A DNA stretch of 63,843 nt, filler included, from Octopus bimaculoides (lineage: Eukaryota), in NCBI RefSeq assembly GCF_001194135.2. It is 6 parts of 6 records of this genome, joined end to end, with 100 filler letters (N's around TTAATTAATTAA, not from the genome) between each part and the next. Parts side by side here need not be neighbours in the genome. Positions count along the whole stretch, not along the records: positions 1 to 13,071 come from NC_068993.1; 5 more parts are not named here. The stretch is one strand, 5' to 3'. The stretch's first letter is position 1. Every line of letters starts with the position of its first letter. Positions 1 through 11,890 of the stretch are shown piece after piece. The position numbers and the translations under genes were made by a program. The notes beneath the pieces were generated by a model, which saw only the letters and a list, made by a program, of their open reading frames with translations, had not been told where the DNA came from and did no database searches.

Positions 1-119
1 AGATATGTTTTGTTTTTTATATTATTTTTTCTTTATTCTTATTTTGAAAAGAAAGTAGTAAATAAATTAGTAAAGACGGTGTTTTTTAAATACGTTTCTT
101 AGTCTCAATGCACCATTGT

Positions 120-257
120 ACAGGGTCCACATTAGAAACTATTGGTCTAAAGCCCAATATTTCATGGCCTCTGAAAAATTATTGTGGACCTCCAATTTAC
201 TGCATTTCATTTGTGGACCTCGAGAAATTTTATATGGACCTCAGTTGAGAATCCCTG
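120..257 (-). mobile_element. One end of a hAT/Charlie (MER5-like) non-autonomous element
   Basis: Minus strand begins CAGGGATTCTCAACTGAGGTCCA, resembling Charlie-type termini, with repeated GGTCCA subterminal motifs; second end not found. Confidence 0.4.
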
Positions 258-327
258 ATGTAAACTATACTGACCAATTTTTACTCCCAACTATGTAACC
301 TATACTGACCAAATTTTTCTCCCAAAG
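258..327 (+). repeat. 35-bp local tandem duplication
   Basis: ATGTAAACTATACTGACCAATTTTTACTCCCAACT followed by ATGTAACCTATACTGACCAAATTTTTCTCCCAAAG. Confidence 0.85.
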
Positions 328-1475
328 ACGATGCAATGGTACAAAATTAGGGAAAATGTAACAGGAAATCAGAAATCATTCATTTTGACCCTGTTACTAA
401 TTTTGCCCCACTTCCATATAGTAATTCCAAGTGTTTGCAAGAATGACGAAAAATATATTAAAAATAAGAAAGAAAAAAGGTTTGATTTAATGAAACATTT
501 GAATATATATGCAACTAGCTGTTTTTCCCAGTTTCACTTGGGCAGTGTGGTGAATTTGGTTAAAGGCTATTTCCTATGTACATTTTGAATAATAAAAAGA
601 ACTAAAAAATAAAAAAAACAAAAATCCCAACAACAAAAAAAAAGTAAGAACAACCTAAAAGCAATACGATGCTAAGGATTTTGCGGGTCGATATTGTAAA
701 ACTAACTTCACGTGTGTACCCATAGCCGCATGTAGTCATGGAACTTTATTTGTGGTATAATCTCGCCTTAAAAGAAAAATATATGGTAGCGCGGTTGTTG
801 TATTGGCGACACAAGAATGTTAATCGAAACTGTTCAAGATCAATCATAGGTTGGACGTTCATGTACACTGATTAGAATTGTGAATTTCAATTATTGAAAA
901 CGCGTTCCAGGATGAATACAATTGTGCAGAGTCCGTTTGTCTCAATATGGAAAAGCTGTTTGAATGTCGACGTTTGAAGACATTTGTAACTGAAGTTAAA
1001 AAAAACATAGTAATTAGAAAGAGCGTAAGCTATCGCTTTTTTTTTTTTTTAATGCACAAAAAATTGAAATTATTTTTTTCTGTGCCTCTGATTAAAATTT
1101 TCGAAAAACAAACCCAGCCACATTACTNNNNNNNNNNNNNNNNNNNNNNNNNNNNNNNNNNNNNNNNNNNNNNNNNNNNNNNNNNNNNNNNNNNNNNNNN
1201 NNNNNNNNNNNNNNNNNNNNNNNNNNNNNNNACATTACTTGGAAAAAAATTATCTTTATTGTGCTGGTTTTTCGTAAAATTTTGTGCATGGGAAAGGCAA
1301 CAAAATCGCCCCTCCCCACTTTGAATGGGATATTCCTATCTTAAAAAGTAATAATCGATTATCTCGGTAACCATGGAGGGCAATAAAAATCTCCTGAACA
1401 TGAGCGGACCATGCTGCCACTCTGTGCTGAATTTCATGTGATTCTACTGCACCGTTCTCGAGTGAATCTGCCGAC

Positions 1476-1503
1476 ACTCAATCAATCAATCAATCAAGCA
1501 ATC
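1476..1503 (+). repeat. (AATC)n microsatellite
   Basis: Direct reading. Confidence 0.9.
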
Positions 1504-1965
1504 AAGAACACTGCAATTTATAGTATAGATAATTCTAAAGCCCAAAAAGATTGCTATTAGCTGTTGAGAGATGTAATTTAATAATTAAAACTAAAATCAA
1601 AAGTTTTTTTTACTTACTTGCTTCATAAAATAAGACCAGCTTTCAATGCTTCACTGAAATAAGTTTAGAAGTTGAAATGTGTGTGTGTGTGTATGTGTGT
1701 GTGTGTCTTTAACAGCTATTGATCAAGCCAAAGTCAAGCTCAGTCATGCGTTTAATGAAGGAATTTGGCCTGGAGACAATAGCATTTTTCCATCAATCTC
1801 TTTATATACATTCATACTTACACACACACGAACACACAATACTCACAGATACATACATAGATTTTCAGGAGTGCTCTGTTATTTCGCTTTTCTGTGTTGT
1901 CCCAAAAGCAGCTACAATTCCCTCGGAAATTGTAAGTGCTTTCGGACTGAGATTTTAATTGAATT

Positions 1966-2239
1966 TGTTATATCCTTATGAATAAATGAATACACTGCAA
2001 TAGTGTAATAACAATATAATTGAAACAAACGGGAGTAACCACACAGAATGTAACAACAATCTTTTAAGAACCAACAATCAACACACTAACTTGAACTGTA
2101 AACTTTGAATTCCAACTTTGAACTATCAATACACGAACTGTGGAACCAGCATCAACTACCTCAGTTACTGAGACTGCTACTCTTTATATGTAGTGGTCCA
2201 GTCCATTCTTGCCAGGCGGCATTGTACTCTTGCACAACA
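1966..2239 (-). repeat. 3' LTR (274 bp)
   Basis: TG...CA ends; aligns to 6597-6809 with two extra blocks. Confidence 0.92.
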
Positions 2240-2254
2240 TCTCCCCTTTTAAGA
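2240..2254 (-). other. Polypurine tract
   Basis: Minus strand TCTTAAAAGGGGAGA directly abuts the 3' LTR. Confidence 0.85.
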
Positions 2255-2499
2255 TTTTATGTTCCAAAGGAATAAAGACATTTTTTATTTATATATATTA
2301 CTTTTTTTTTAGTATCTCTTTCACTTGGGCATTATCACACAGTGTTCGGTCTACCTTCTTTTTCTTGGTACCAGTATATTGAATATTTCACAGAATACTT
2401 CCATGAGAATTTCTTCCTGATCTTGGGTATGATTCTTCCTTAGTTGATTTATATGTCTCTTATGTTCACCATGTGACCCTTTAATTAGATACATCATTA

Positions 2500-3330
2500 C
2501 TTCCAATTTTGTCTGGTAACAAAACCATCTTCCCAGCCTTCTTTACTGTTTTTATAGGTTTTGAAATGCACTTTATCATCTTCCTCAATGTATTTTGTTA
2601 GCTCTTGCATATTTCCTTTATATCTTTTTTTCTCTGGTAACAGCTTATCAAATATGGATTATATTCTTCTTGTGAACATCAATTCTGCAGGAGACTTACC
2701 TGAATTTGTACTTGGATTGGGAGTCACTCTATATATTCTTTGAAAAATTTTCAGTGCTTCGTCGTTACTTAATTCATTCCTCGCTCTTCTAATTGCTCAT
2801 TTAAAGGTGTCCACAAATCTTTCTACCTGCTCGATTGACCTTGGGTGATAGGGTGGAGTGAAATTATGCTTCATCACATGCCTTTTACAGAAGTTCTTGA
2901 ACAATTTGTATAAGAACTTTATTGTTGTCTTAGAGGTTGGTCTATAGCACCTGCAAACCTCCAGTCACTTAATACAGCTATCTTCTACGATTTGGTTGTT
3001 AGCACCATTTACCAGTCCAGCATAGTCAATATGTAACCTAGACCATGGGTTCTCCATCTCTGACCACAATTGATACTTTACCAGTGGGGCTTTGGCTGCA
3101 AGTGCACAATCTCAGTACATTCTCGTCAAATTTTCAATATCTCGGTCCACAGATGGCCAATAGACATAACTCCTCATTTGTGCCTTCATCCTTGCCATTC
3201 CTGGATGTTCACTGTGGAATACGCCCTTTTGTAATGTAGTTGGAACCACTCTTTGGGCATACATTAGAATATCATTGCAAACTAAAATTACTGGCATCTG
3301 AATTTTTATTCTGTGTATTTTTCTAAAGTT
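2500..3330 (-). pseudogene. Gypsy integrase (zinc-binding domain and core), disrupted
   Basis: HSEHPGMARMKAQMRSYVYWP, followed by a PWSRLHIDYAG-like core. Confidence 0.85.
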
Positions 3331-3599
3331 TCTTTTATTTTCATAATATTCTCATCACCTACAGCTTTCATTCTTATATCTTGTGCCATCACTGATATTT
3401 CTTGGAGAACATTCATCATAACACTTTTAATTTCACTTTTTGCCTGCAGTGCGGCTATAACAGTCTCTTCTAATGGTTCCATATTTTTTGGAATTAATCT
3501 CAAAAGGCAGTCCACATGACCAATTTATTTTGATGGAATGTATTGCATTTAAAAATTATAATTTAATATTATTACACTCCTATACTGCAGGCAGTTCAC

Positions 3600-5240
3600 A
3601 GTATGAGGCAGTAACCCCTTTTTTAGACTCATAAATCAACAGCAAAGGTCTATGGTCTGTTTACAATAAAAAACTTCTGCCATGCAGAAACCTGTGAAAT
3701 TTTTTAACTGCAAAAATAATTGCTAGAGCCTCCTTTTCAATATGACTATATCCTTCTTCCACTATTAGCACACATGAAACACGAGCCGCTGGTTTTATAC
3801 TTTTGTCTTCTTATTTATGAAGTAGAACTGCACCTAATCTGTGCTCAGAAGCATCAGATGCTACAATGATGTCCATTTCAGGATCATAATGTGCTACCAA
3901 CAGGTCTGAGATAAGAATTTTTTTATTTCTTTAAAGTGTTCTAGCATTTAGTGGACCAATTCCACTTTACTCTTTTTTTTAATAAGTCATTCAATGAAGC
4001 TCTTAGGAATGTAGTTTAGGTAGTAGTTTGCCAGTCCAAGAAATATTTGTGAAGCTGGAATATTTTTCAGCACAGGCATATTCCTTATTGCATCTGTCCT
4101 CGACAGGTCAGGACATCTATCACTTTTATCAATTATTTGCCCTAAGTACTTAACTTGGAGTAGAAAGAATTTGCATTTTTCTTCACTCAAATTTTCTTAA
4201 ATATAGTTTTTATGTGTTCTACATGCTGCTCACGAGAATTACGCTTGATCAAAATATCGTCAAAATATGGGATTGCAAATTCACAATCAGATAACATAGT
4301 ATCCATGATTTGCTGGAATATTGCTGGCGCCACTTTTAATCCAAAAGGTAATTGTGTGTCTGTACAATACTCTGTGTTTATTTATTGTCAAATACTTAGA
4401 GCATATGTCATTTACTTTTATCTTTAAATAGGCTTCAGACAGATCTAATTTGGAAAAATTTTTTCCACCATTTAACTTTGAAAAAATATCCTCTGCAGTT
4501 GAGAGTGGATGGTAGTGTTTTTAAGCAGTCATTCAATCATCATCATCATTAGTTAATGTCCATTTTCCATACTGGCATGGGTTGAACGGTTTGACTGGGG
4601 TCTGGAAAGCCAGGAGGCTGTACCAGACTCCAGTCTGATCTGGCAATGTTTCTACAGCTGGATACCCTTCCTAACGCCAACCACTCCAAGAGTGTAGTGG
4701 GTGCTTTTTACGTGCCACCAGCACAGGGGCCAGTCAAGGTGGTGCTGACATCAGCTACGTTTGGATGGTGCTTTTTATGTGCCACCAGCACAGAAGCCAT
4801 TTGGGGCAAGGGGGCTGGCATTGACCACGTTCGGATGGTGCTTTTTACATGCCACCAGCATGGGGACCACAACTACAACTTTCATTTGATTGTGATTTGA
4901 TTTGATGTTGATGTACTTGACTGAATAAGTCTCCTCAAGCACAGCATGTCACGCTACGATCCAAGAGTACTTATGAGTTAACTGGTTATGCAATCGGTAC
5001 ACAGCCTAATCTTGTTATTTTTTTTTTTTTAATACATACCATGGGTGCCTTCCACTTTGAGTAAACCACTTTTTGATGACTCTATTCTTTTCAAGTCTGT
5101 CCAACTTTTCATTCACTTGCCATGAATGGTACTTTTCTGTTTGCTTTAAATACAGATACAGCATTTTCACTTACTTGGAAATAGGCTTCTGTCTTTCTAC
5201 ATAGATCTAAATCCTCTAATAACACTTGCGGGAAAATTTT
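3600..5240 (-). pseudogene. Gypsy reverse transcriptase and RNase H, disrupted
   Basis: KIRLCTD, KLNGGKIFSKLDLSEAY, YLGQII and DIIVASDASEH-like motifs across frames. Confidence 0.85.
4537..4980 (-). mobile_element. 5'-truncated LINE (RTE-type) 3' UTR inserted in the Gypsy RT
   Basis: Interrupts the ...TS|LNDCLK RT segment; (CAT)n tail at the left end; three internal copies of GGTGCTTTTTAYRTGCCACCAGCA. Confidence 0.7.
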
Positions 5241-5419
5241 TTAAAATTTTTTCTTTAGTTCTTCCGAAGACTTGTTTTTACTGGGACAACCATTTATGTT
5301 ATTGCAGTAAAGATTTATGGCGAGGTGCCATAAATCGAATAGTTCTAACCAATCTGTGCCAAACAGATTGATTGTATTATCCACGACAAATAATTTTGCT
5401 TCAGGTGTCTCTCCTCGAA

Positions 5420-6560
5420 ATGTGATGGCAGTACATGTTTTACCTATGAAATGTAATTTATCGTCCATTACACCACATGCTATTTTTGCTGTTTTATGTA
5501 ATCTTGGTTTACCAATTTTTTTCCAAGTATCTGCATTTATAATTGAGATGCCACTACCTGTGTCTAACTGTAATTTGGTATTCACATAATCTTGTTTTTC
5601 TGTTGCAATCATTCTATACTGAAAACACCTTAGAACTTTTGTGCTTGAACCTCTTAGTCTTGTTTTACAATGAGAACTCCTGTTCCAGCTTCTGACAACC
5701 ATAACACGTTTTGTTTTTAAATGGACAATCCTTTTTGGAGTGTAGGCCTCCAGAACCATAACACAGATTGAGTCCTGACACTTTTTTTGGTTGTGCTTCC
5801 TGGGACGAAAACATTTCAATTTTTGCAGAGTCTTTATCTTGTATTTTTTTCACATCATGTTTAAGATTTACCATAGTCTGACATTCTTCTGCAGTAGTCT
5901 GTAGAGATAAATCCTGGTTCACTAGCTCCATTTTCAAGAGAATCCTTGCCCAATTTCTCTATCTTCAGGTGCTATAAGCCATTGCATGAAGATAAGTGAT
6001 TTGAACATATTCTGAGTGAGATCCTGGAGTTTGAAATGTTTGCACATATAGTTGACTACTCCAGTGTAGGTGATAAAATCCTCCTCCTCATTTTTTGTTA
6101 AGTTCCAATACTCCATTCTGGTGTTGAATAATGAACTTCTATCACAAAATGTTTTAAAAGCAGTTCCACGCTTTCTTGGAAACCAATCTTATTGACTTTT
6201 TGGGCAGAATGAAGTTACAGTAACATTCATGTTCAGCAGGAGCTACCTTGCATAGTAAAAGCCTTACTCTCTGCTCCTCCAACCATAACTTGCACTAGTT
6301 AAAAATTTCCTCATATCTTCTATAATACGCAGGAAACGTAATACCCTCCTCCGGATTATTCAGAAATTCAGAAATTGCATTAGCCACATCACCTGACGTA
6401 AACAAGCTTACTGGATTTTCAAACTTCACTGACTGTAACTCAATTAATTATTTTTGTTATTGTAATATGTTTTTGCAACTCCTATAGTTGTTCCTGTTGC
6501 TTCTCTTGAAGCTGTATTACTGCAGCTAATAGGTTTTCCATGAAACAGAAATTGTCAAAT
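5420..6560 (-). pseudogene. Gypsy gag (two zinc knuckles) and aspartic protease, disrupted
   Basis: LTKNEEEDFITYTGVVNYMCKHFKL (Mag/Cer-type gag); CYGSGGLHSKKDCPFKNKTCYGC; KLQLDTGSGISII. Confidence 0.85.
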
Positions 6561-6579
6561 AACCAATGTGAGTTTTAAA

Positions 6580-6596
6580 CGATCCTCATTGCCTGA
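6580..6596 (-). other. Degenerate primer-binding site
   Basis: Minus strand CAGGCAATGAGGAT next to the 5' LTR; resembles the Mag-type TGGCGACGAGG after two CpG transitions (inference). Confidence 0.55.
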
Positions 6597-6809
6597 TGTT
6601 ATATCTTTATGGATAAATGAATACACTGCAACAGTGTAATAACAATATAATCGAAACAAATGGCAGTAACCACACGCTAACTTGAACTGTAAACTTTGAA
6701 CTCTAACTTTGAACTATCAATGTATGAACTGTGGAACTAGCACAAACTACTATTTATATGTTGTGGTCCAGTTCATTCTTGCCAGCAGGTGTTGTACTCT
6801 TGCACAACA
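6597..6809 (-). repeat. 5' LTR (213 bp)
   Basis: About 90% identical to 1966-2239 over aligned bases (manual count). Confidence 0.92.
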
Positions 6810-6959
6810 GAGTTATTTGGTGTCTCTAAAGTGGCAAAATTTATTTTCATTTATCATAAGAGAGAATCCATTACATTTTTTAAGAAGTCAAGATACCTTT
6901 GTCTATTGAAAGAGAGCCTCTTCCTGCTTGATTGTTGGGAGGTGGGGAGGCTTCCTGTA

Positions 6960-7050
6960 TTGAGTGCTGCATATTTTTTATAGCAGCCCCCCACCCACCC
7001 AATATCTAGATGCCCAGGACAACTGCCCCTCTATCCCCCACCCCTATAAA
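6960..7050 (-). mobile_element. Terminal fragment of a small DNA transposon/MITE
   Basis: Minus strand begins CAGGGCCGGATTTA, a common hAT-like terminus; partner end not seen. Confidence 0.35.
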
Positions 7051-7074
7051 TCCGGCCCTGCTACTAAGCAACGA

Positions 7075-8000
7075 GAAAAAAAGAAAAATACTAGATATAT
7101 AAAATTGCAGAACAAGGTATACCTGAGGTAAAAGAACAGCTAAAGCAAAATATCTTCACCAAAGCACAAAGAATTTGTCAGAATGAGAAATGCCAGTGAC
7201 TTTTAGAAAAAAAACAGTTCAACTCCAATCCAAAATCCAAAACGAATTCTACCAAGAACTTGACAAAAAAAGAAAAAAAAGAGATCAATGCAGCACCAAT
7301 AAGACGCTGGCTGAGAAATTCAACAAGATGCTAGAAGAGCCAGAGACAATACTTGAATGGTTCACAGAAGGGAAAACTATCCTAATTCCCAAATCCACTG
7401 GAATGGCAAACCCACGAAGCTCGACCCATAACATGTCTCCCTACAATTTACAAAGCCTTAACTGCAATATCGAAGAGAATGAGCAAACATCTGGAAGAAA
7501 ACAGCTTGTTTCCAAAGAGCAGAAGGGATGCTACAAGGGCTCATATGACTGTAAAGATCAGTTATTGATCAATAAAACAATAACTGAAGACAGCTGAAAG
7601 GAAAAGAGGTGTCTAAGCATAGCTTGGATCGATTATTGAAAGGCTTTTGACAATATTCTTTATGCATGGATCCTGGAAACACTAGCCATGAACAAGGTAG
7701 CACTAATAATAAAATATATAAAACATTGCATGAATAAATGGCAAACAGTGCTGCAGCTCCAGACAAAAGAGGGTCTCATAAAAACTAAAGCCATCCCCAT
7801 TAGAAGAGGAATATCCCAAAGAGACTCGCTCTCTCCACTCCTTTTCTGCTTGGCACTGACACCTTTAACTGATATACTAAACAGAACTGGATGTGGATAC
7901 AACTGGTATGGTAAATCAACCAACCATTTCTTGTATATGGATGATCTGCAAATGACAAACATCTGCAAACATCACTACAGACGATAAGTAACTCTTGTTT
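7075..8000 (+). mobile_element. R4/Dong-clade LINE, RT fragment
   Basis: EQKGC..GSYDCKDQLLINK, AWIDYxKAFD, RRGISQRDSLSPLLFCLAL, NHFLYMDDL. Confidence 0.85.
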
Positions 8001-8479
8001 GTTCAACCTAGCTTACTTTATAGCACTCATATTATTATTATCATTATTCATTTATTTATATATTTACCTATAAAGATTTGTTTATTCCATGCTGTACGTT
8101 ATAGTAAAGTTAAGAAATCCTAATTTCATTTCATTTCAAAGTTTCAGCTCAGAGCTGCGGCCATGCTGATGCACCACCGTGAAATGTTCAATTCTGTTTC
8201 ACTTTATAGTGCCCATGATGTTATTAGTATTATTTGTTTGTCTATTTATCTATAAAGCTTCATCTAAATCCAAATGTTCAGTTCTATTTACTCTACTATA
8301 GCTCTAAATCTGATCAACTTCATCTCTTCATTTGTTTTGTTACTTACTATCTTATCCAGAGGTCCTATTGTTTCCTCTACTGTCTGTTCTATTACCCACT
8401 ATATTTTTGCTTGCTTACTCATGTTGAATGTTAATTAGTAGCTTTTGTTTTGTTTGTGGGTATTTCACATTGCCTTTAG

Positions 8480-11108
8480 CTAGGGAATGGGGCATCCTTG
8501 ATGTTTCATCATTCATGGTGCACACTCCTAACCCACCCCACCACCTGTACCAGAAGTCTTTCTCCTCTAACCTCTACTGGAAGTCATTCTCCTAGCACCT
8601 TTAACGGTTACCTATACAGAATGCTCTCTCCCACTTCTATCCCTGTCTAGTGACTGTCTCCTGGTAAACACAGCAAATGTGACGCAAATAAAATGACAGT
8701 GAAATGTATGCAGGTTGAACCCTATTTGTACTTATATGATGTCTGCCAAATGTAAAAGCAAGCTTTCTTTTCAGATGCAAAATGCTGTCCCTCAGCCCTG
8801 TGTCTCCTCAGCCCACACCTTCCACATCCTCAGAGTTGGCACACTTAATGTGACCACATTGAAAAGTAGGTCTGGTGAGATTCTTGTGATGCTTGAAAAG
8901 AGGCATGTAGATTTGTGCTTCATCCAAGAAGGTGGAGAGGAGGTTCTGATAGGTTCCTCACAGGCAAAAAGCACAAGTATAAGATTTTCTGGGTTAGAAA
9001 CAATGATGGGGTTGGGGGCATGAGCATACTCCTTGCGGAAAAATGGGTTGATAAGGTAATCAAGGCAGTCAGAGTTTGTGATAAAATACTTAAGCTTAGA
9101 CCAGTGCTGCAACAGGAAACAGCAACCATTATCTTGGCCTATGCCCCTCAGCCAGGTCTACCTGATGTAAAGACAGGCCAATTTTATGAGACCCTCTTGT
9201 TGACGAATGGTGTGCATGGGGGCAACAGATTTGGTTCCCACAACAAAGAGGAAACTAGGCTGCTGGAGTTCTGTGATACAAATGACCTTATGATCTGCAA
9301 ACTAACTTGAGGAAATCCACCAGTCACCTGTTCACCTACCAGTCTGGTGGGCACACAAGTCAGATTGACTACATTCTTGCCAGTAAACAGGAATGATGGC
9401 TGCTTATAAATGCCAAAACTTTTCCAGGTGAGGAATGCAACCCCCAGGTTAGTTGTTAGCGACTTCAGTACCAGAGCTAAATGGCTGCCCACAAGACAAC
9501 CAGTGTGAAAAAGAAAGGTCTGGAAGTTTAAGGATCCTCTGAATGGACGGAGATTTAGAGATGTATTACTTGAAACATTTAATGAAAAAGAGGATATAGT
9601 GACATATAACATGGAGGACAACTGGAGTTTCCTACAGGACAACCTGTTGAGGGCTACTGACCAGATCTGTGGCTGGTGCAAAGACTCCTCTCAACCTAGG
9701 GTGACATGATGGTGGAACAATGTAGTTGACAGGGCCATTAGAGAAAAGAAACAGGCCTGGAAGGACTGGAAGTGTGGTGGTAGCAGGAAACTGTATCAGA
9801 TGGCCAGACAGGAATCTAGGAGACAAGTATACTTAGCCAGAGGGGAAGTAAAAAAGAAGTTTGCTAATGTTCTGTGACACGAGGACCAGAGACTTAAAGT
9901 GTTTCAAATCACAAAACTGTATGTGAGAAAAAATTGCAATATAATAGGAGAAAGATGTGTCCACATGAATGATTGTTCACTTGCATTTTATGATTCTGCA
10001 AAGAGACTTGGAGACGCCACTATGAAAGGTTGCTAAATGAAGAGAATGAATAGAAGGAGAGTCTGCTAAATGTAGACTCAACTGAAGGACCAGCTATTCA
10101 AATCAACAGTACCTTGGTAGATAAAGCAATTAAGGATATGAAGACAGGGAAAGCCAATCAGGAATCACCGCTATATGCTTTAAATATTTTGCGGTGTAGG
10201 TTATGGTCTAGTCGCCCATATAGTTAGGTGGGTGGTACACGAAGGAGTCATACCCAATGAGTAGTGTAGCAGCACCATAGTAAACTGCTACAAAGGTAAA
10301 GGTGACACCTTAGATAGAAATAATTATAGAGATATCAAATTATTGGATCAGGTAGTGAAAATCATGGAAAGGACCATAGCCCAATTAATTAGGGAGAGAG
10401 TGAGATGCAGTTTGGTTTTTGCCTGGGAGAAGTACCACTGATGCTATATTTCTAGTCAGGTAGCTGCAAGGGAAATACATAGCCAAAGATAAACCTCTGT
10501 ACTTGGCTTTTGTTGACTTGGAGAAAGCCTTTGACAGGGTCCCCTTATCTGGTAGTCAATGCAGAAACTAGGGATAGATGAGTGGTTGATGAGAGTTGTA
10601 CAAGCCATGTACAAGGCTGCTGTTCATAAAGTGAAGGTTAGCAATGAATACAGCAAAGAATTCAGGGTACAAGTAGGGGTTCACCAAGGGTCAGTCCTCA
10701 GCCCCCTTTTGTTCATCATAGTTCTCCAGGCAATAACCGAAGAATTTAAGACAGGCTGCCCCTGGGAGCTCCTCTATGCTGATGACTTTTCCCTTAGAGC
10801 TGAATCACTACCAGAACTAGAGAAGTTTCAGGTGTGGAATCAAAGTTTAGAATCGAAGGGCCTTAGAGTTAACCTGGCAAAAACCAAAGTCTTAGTAAGT
10901 AGGAAGGCAGACAAATCACAAATCCTTGTAGGTAGATGGCCCTGGAAAAGGCATAGATAGAAACTCCCTGAGGTGTACCCACTGTCAGCTATGGACACAT
11001 AAGAGGTGCAGCAATATCAGAGGAAGTTAACTGTAAAAATAGTTCTTGTGCACAGGTACAATTAACACTAAAAATGTACAGAAAATAGATTCCATGAAAT
11101 GCCATGGT
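8480..11108 (+). mobile_element. RTE-clade LINE (APE endonuclease and RT), decayed, 3' end missing
   Basis: LRVGTLNVTTL..RHVDLCFIQE; IILAYAPQ; AFVDLEKAFDRVP; GVHQGSVLSPLLF; ELLYADD; then a Cys/His module. Confidence 0.92.
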
Positions 11109-11756
11109 AACAGTGGAATTTCTACACAAACTTTTTGCTAGGAACGGTACCCCGGATACCATAGTCTCCAGTAATAGTACACAATTTACGGTGAATGAAT
11201 TTAAGATTGTTTGCAAGATGCACTCAATTGAGCATATCACTACTCTGCCAATTCACCCAAGATCAAACAGACAAGTGGGAAGGTTTGTGGATACATTTAA
11301 AAGAGCATTAAAGAAATCAAAAAACAAGCTAGTCAGTGACACAGCATTGACACAATTCTTGAAGGTTTATAGGATAACACCAAACCCAAACACTTTTCAG
11401 GCAAGTTGCCAGTGAAACTAATGTTTACTCAAAAAATAAAGTCAATTTTCAACAAGCTGTTACAAGTAAGAAAAATAAATATACAACAAAGCATTTTAAT
11501 GTCAGTGACAAGGTGTTTTTCAAAATATATAAAAATGGAAGACAAGGTTGGGAAGACGGAGTAGTAACAAAAAGAATAGGCAAAATGACATATATGATAA
11601 AAAGTGAAAAGTGGGAACACAAAAGACATTTAAACCAGCTAAAAAATAGATATATGGAAAAAAAGAAAAGAGATACCCATGGAAGTGTTCTATGACACCT
11701 TTGATGTTCCAAACCATGAGAAATTGAAACTAGGTAGAGCAGCACAAAAAAGAGGA
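11109..11756 (+). mobile_element. Gypsy integrase C-terminal fragment, same lineage as 1966-6809
   Basis: LFARNGTPDTIVSSNSTQFT...HPRSNRQVGRFVDTFKRAL; GWEDGVVTKRIG; no LTR follows. Confidence 0.85.
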
Positions 11757-11890
11757 AACAAGGTTGACTTTACCTTTCATCCTTTCGGGGTTCATAAATT
11801 AAGTACCAGTGAAACACAGGGGTTGATGTAATCAAGTAGTTCCCTCCCCCAAAATTGTGCCAATAACAGAAAGGATTATTATTATTATTA
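11757..11890 (+). mobile_element. SINE family A, 5'-truncated, (ATT)n tail
   Basis: Core GACTTTACCTTTCATCCTTTCGGGG...AAGTACCAG; ends AAAGGATTATTATT. Confidence 0.8.

Larger units (their letters stand above)
1966..6809 (-). mobile_element. Full-length decayed Ty3/Gypsy LTR retrotransposon, Mag/K02A2.6-like lineage
   Basis: Paired LTRs TGTT...AACA at 1966-2239 and 6597-6809; flanks GAATT/GAGTT (5-bp TSD, 1 mismatch); minus-strand order gag-CCHC, protease (LDTG), RT, RNase H (ASDAS), integrase; many stops and frameshifts. Confidence 0.93.

Noticed and set aside
1119-1239. ACATTACT on both sides of a gap, resembling a TSD
   Set aside because: It flanks an N run and is probably a contig-end overlap
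4690-4865. Repeat-spacer-like array resembling CRISPR
   Set aside because: Only three units with related spacers inside a LINE UTR in eukaryotic DNA, and no cas genes
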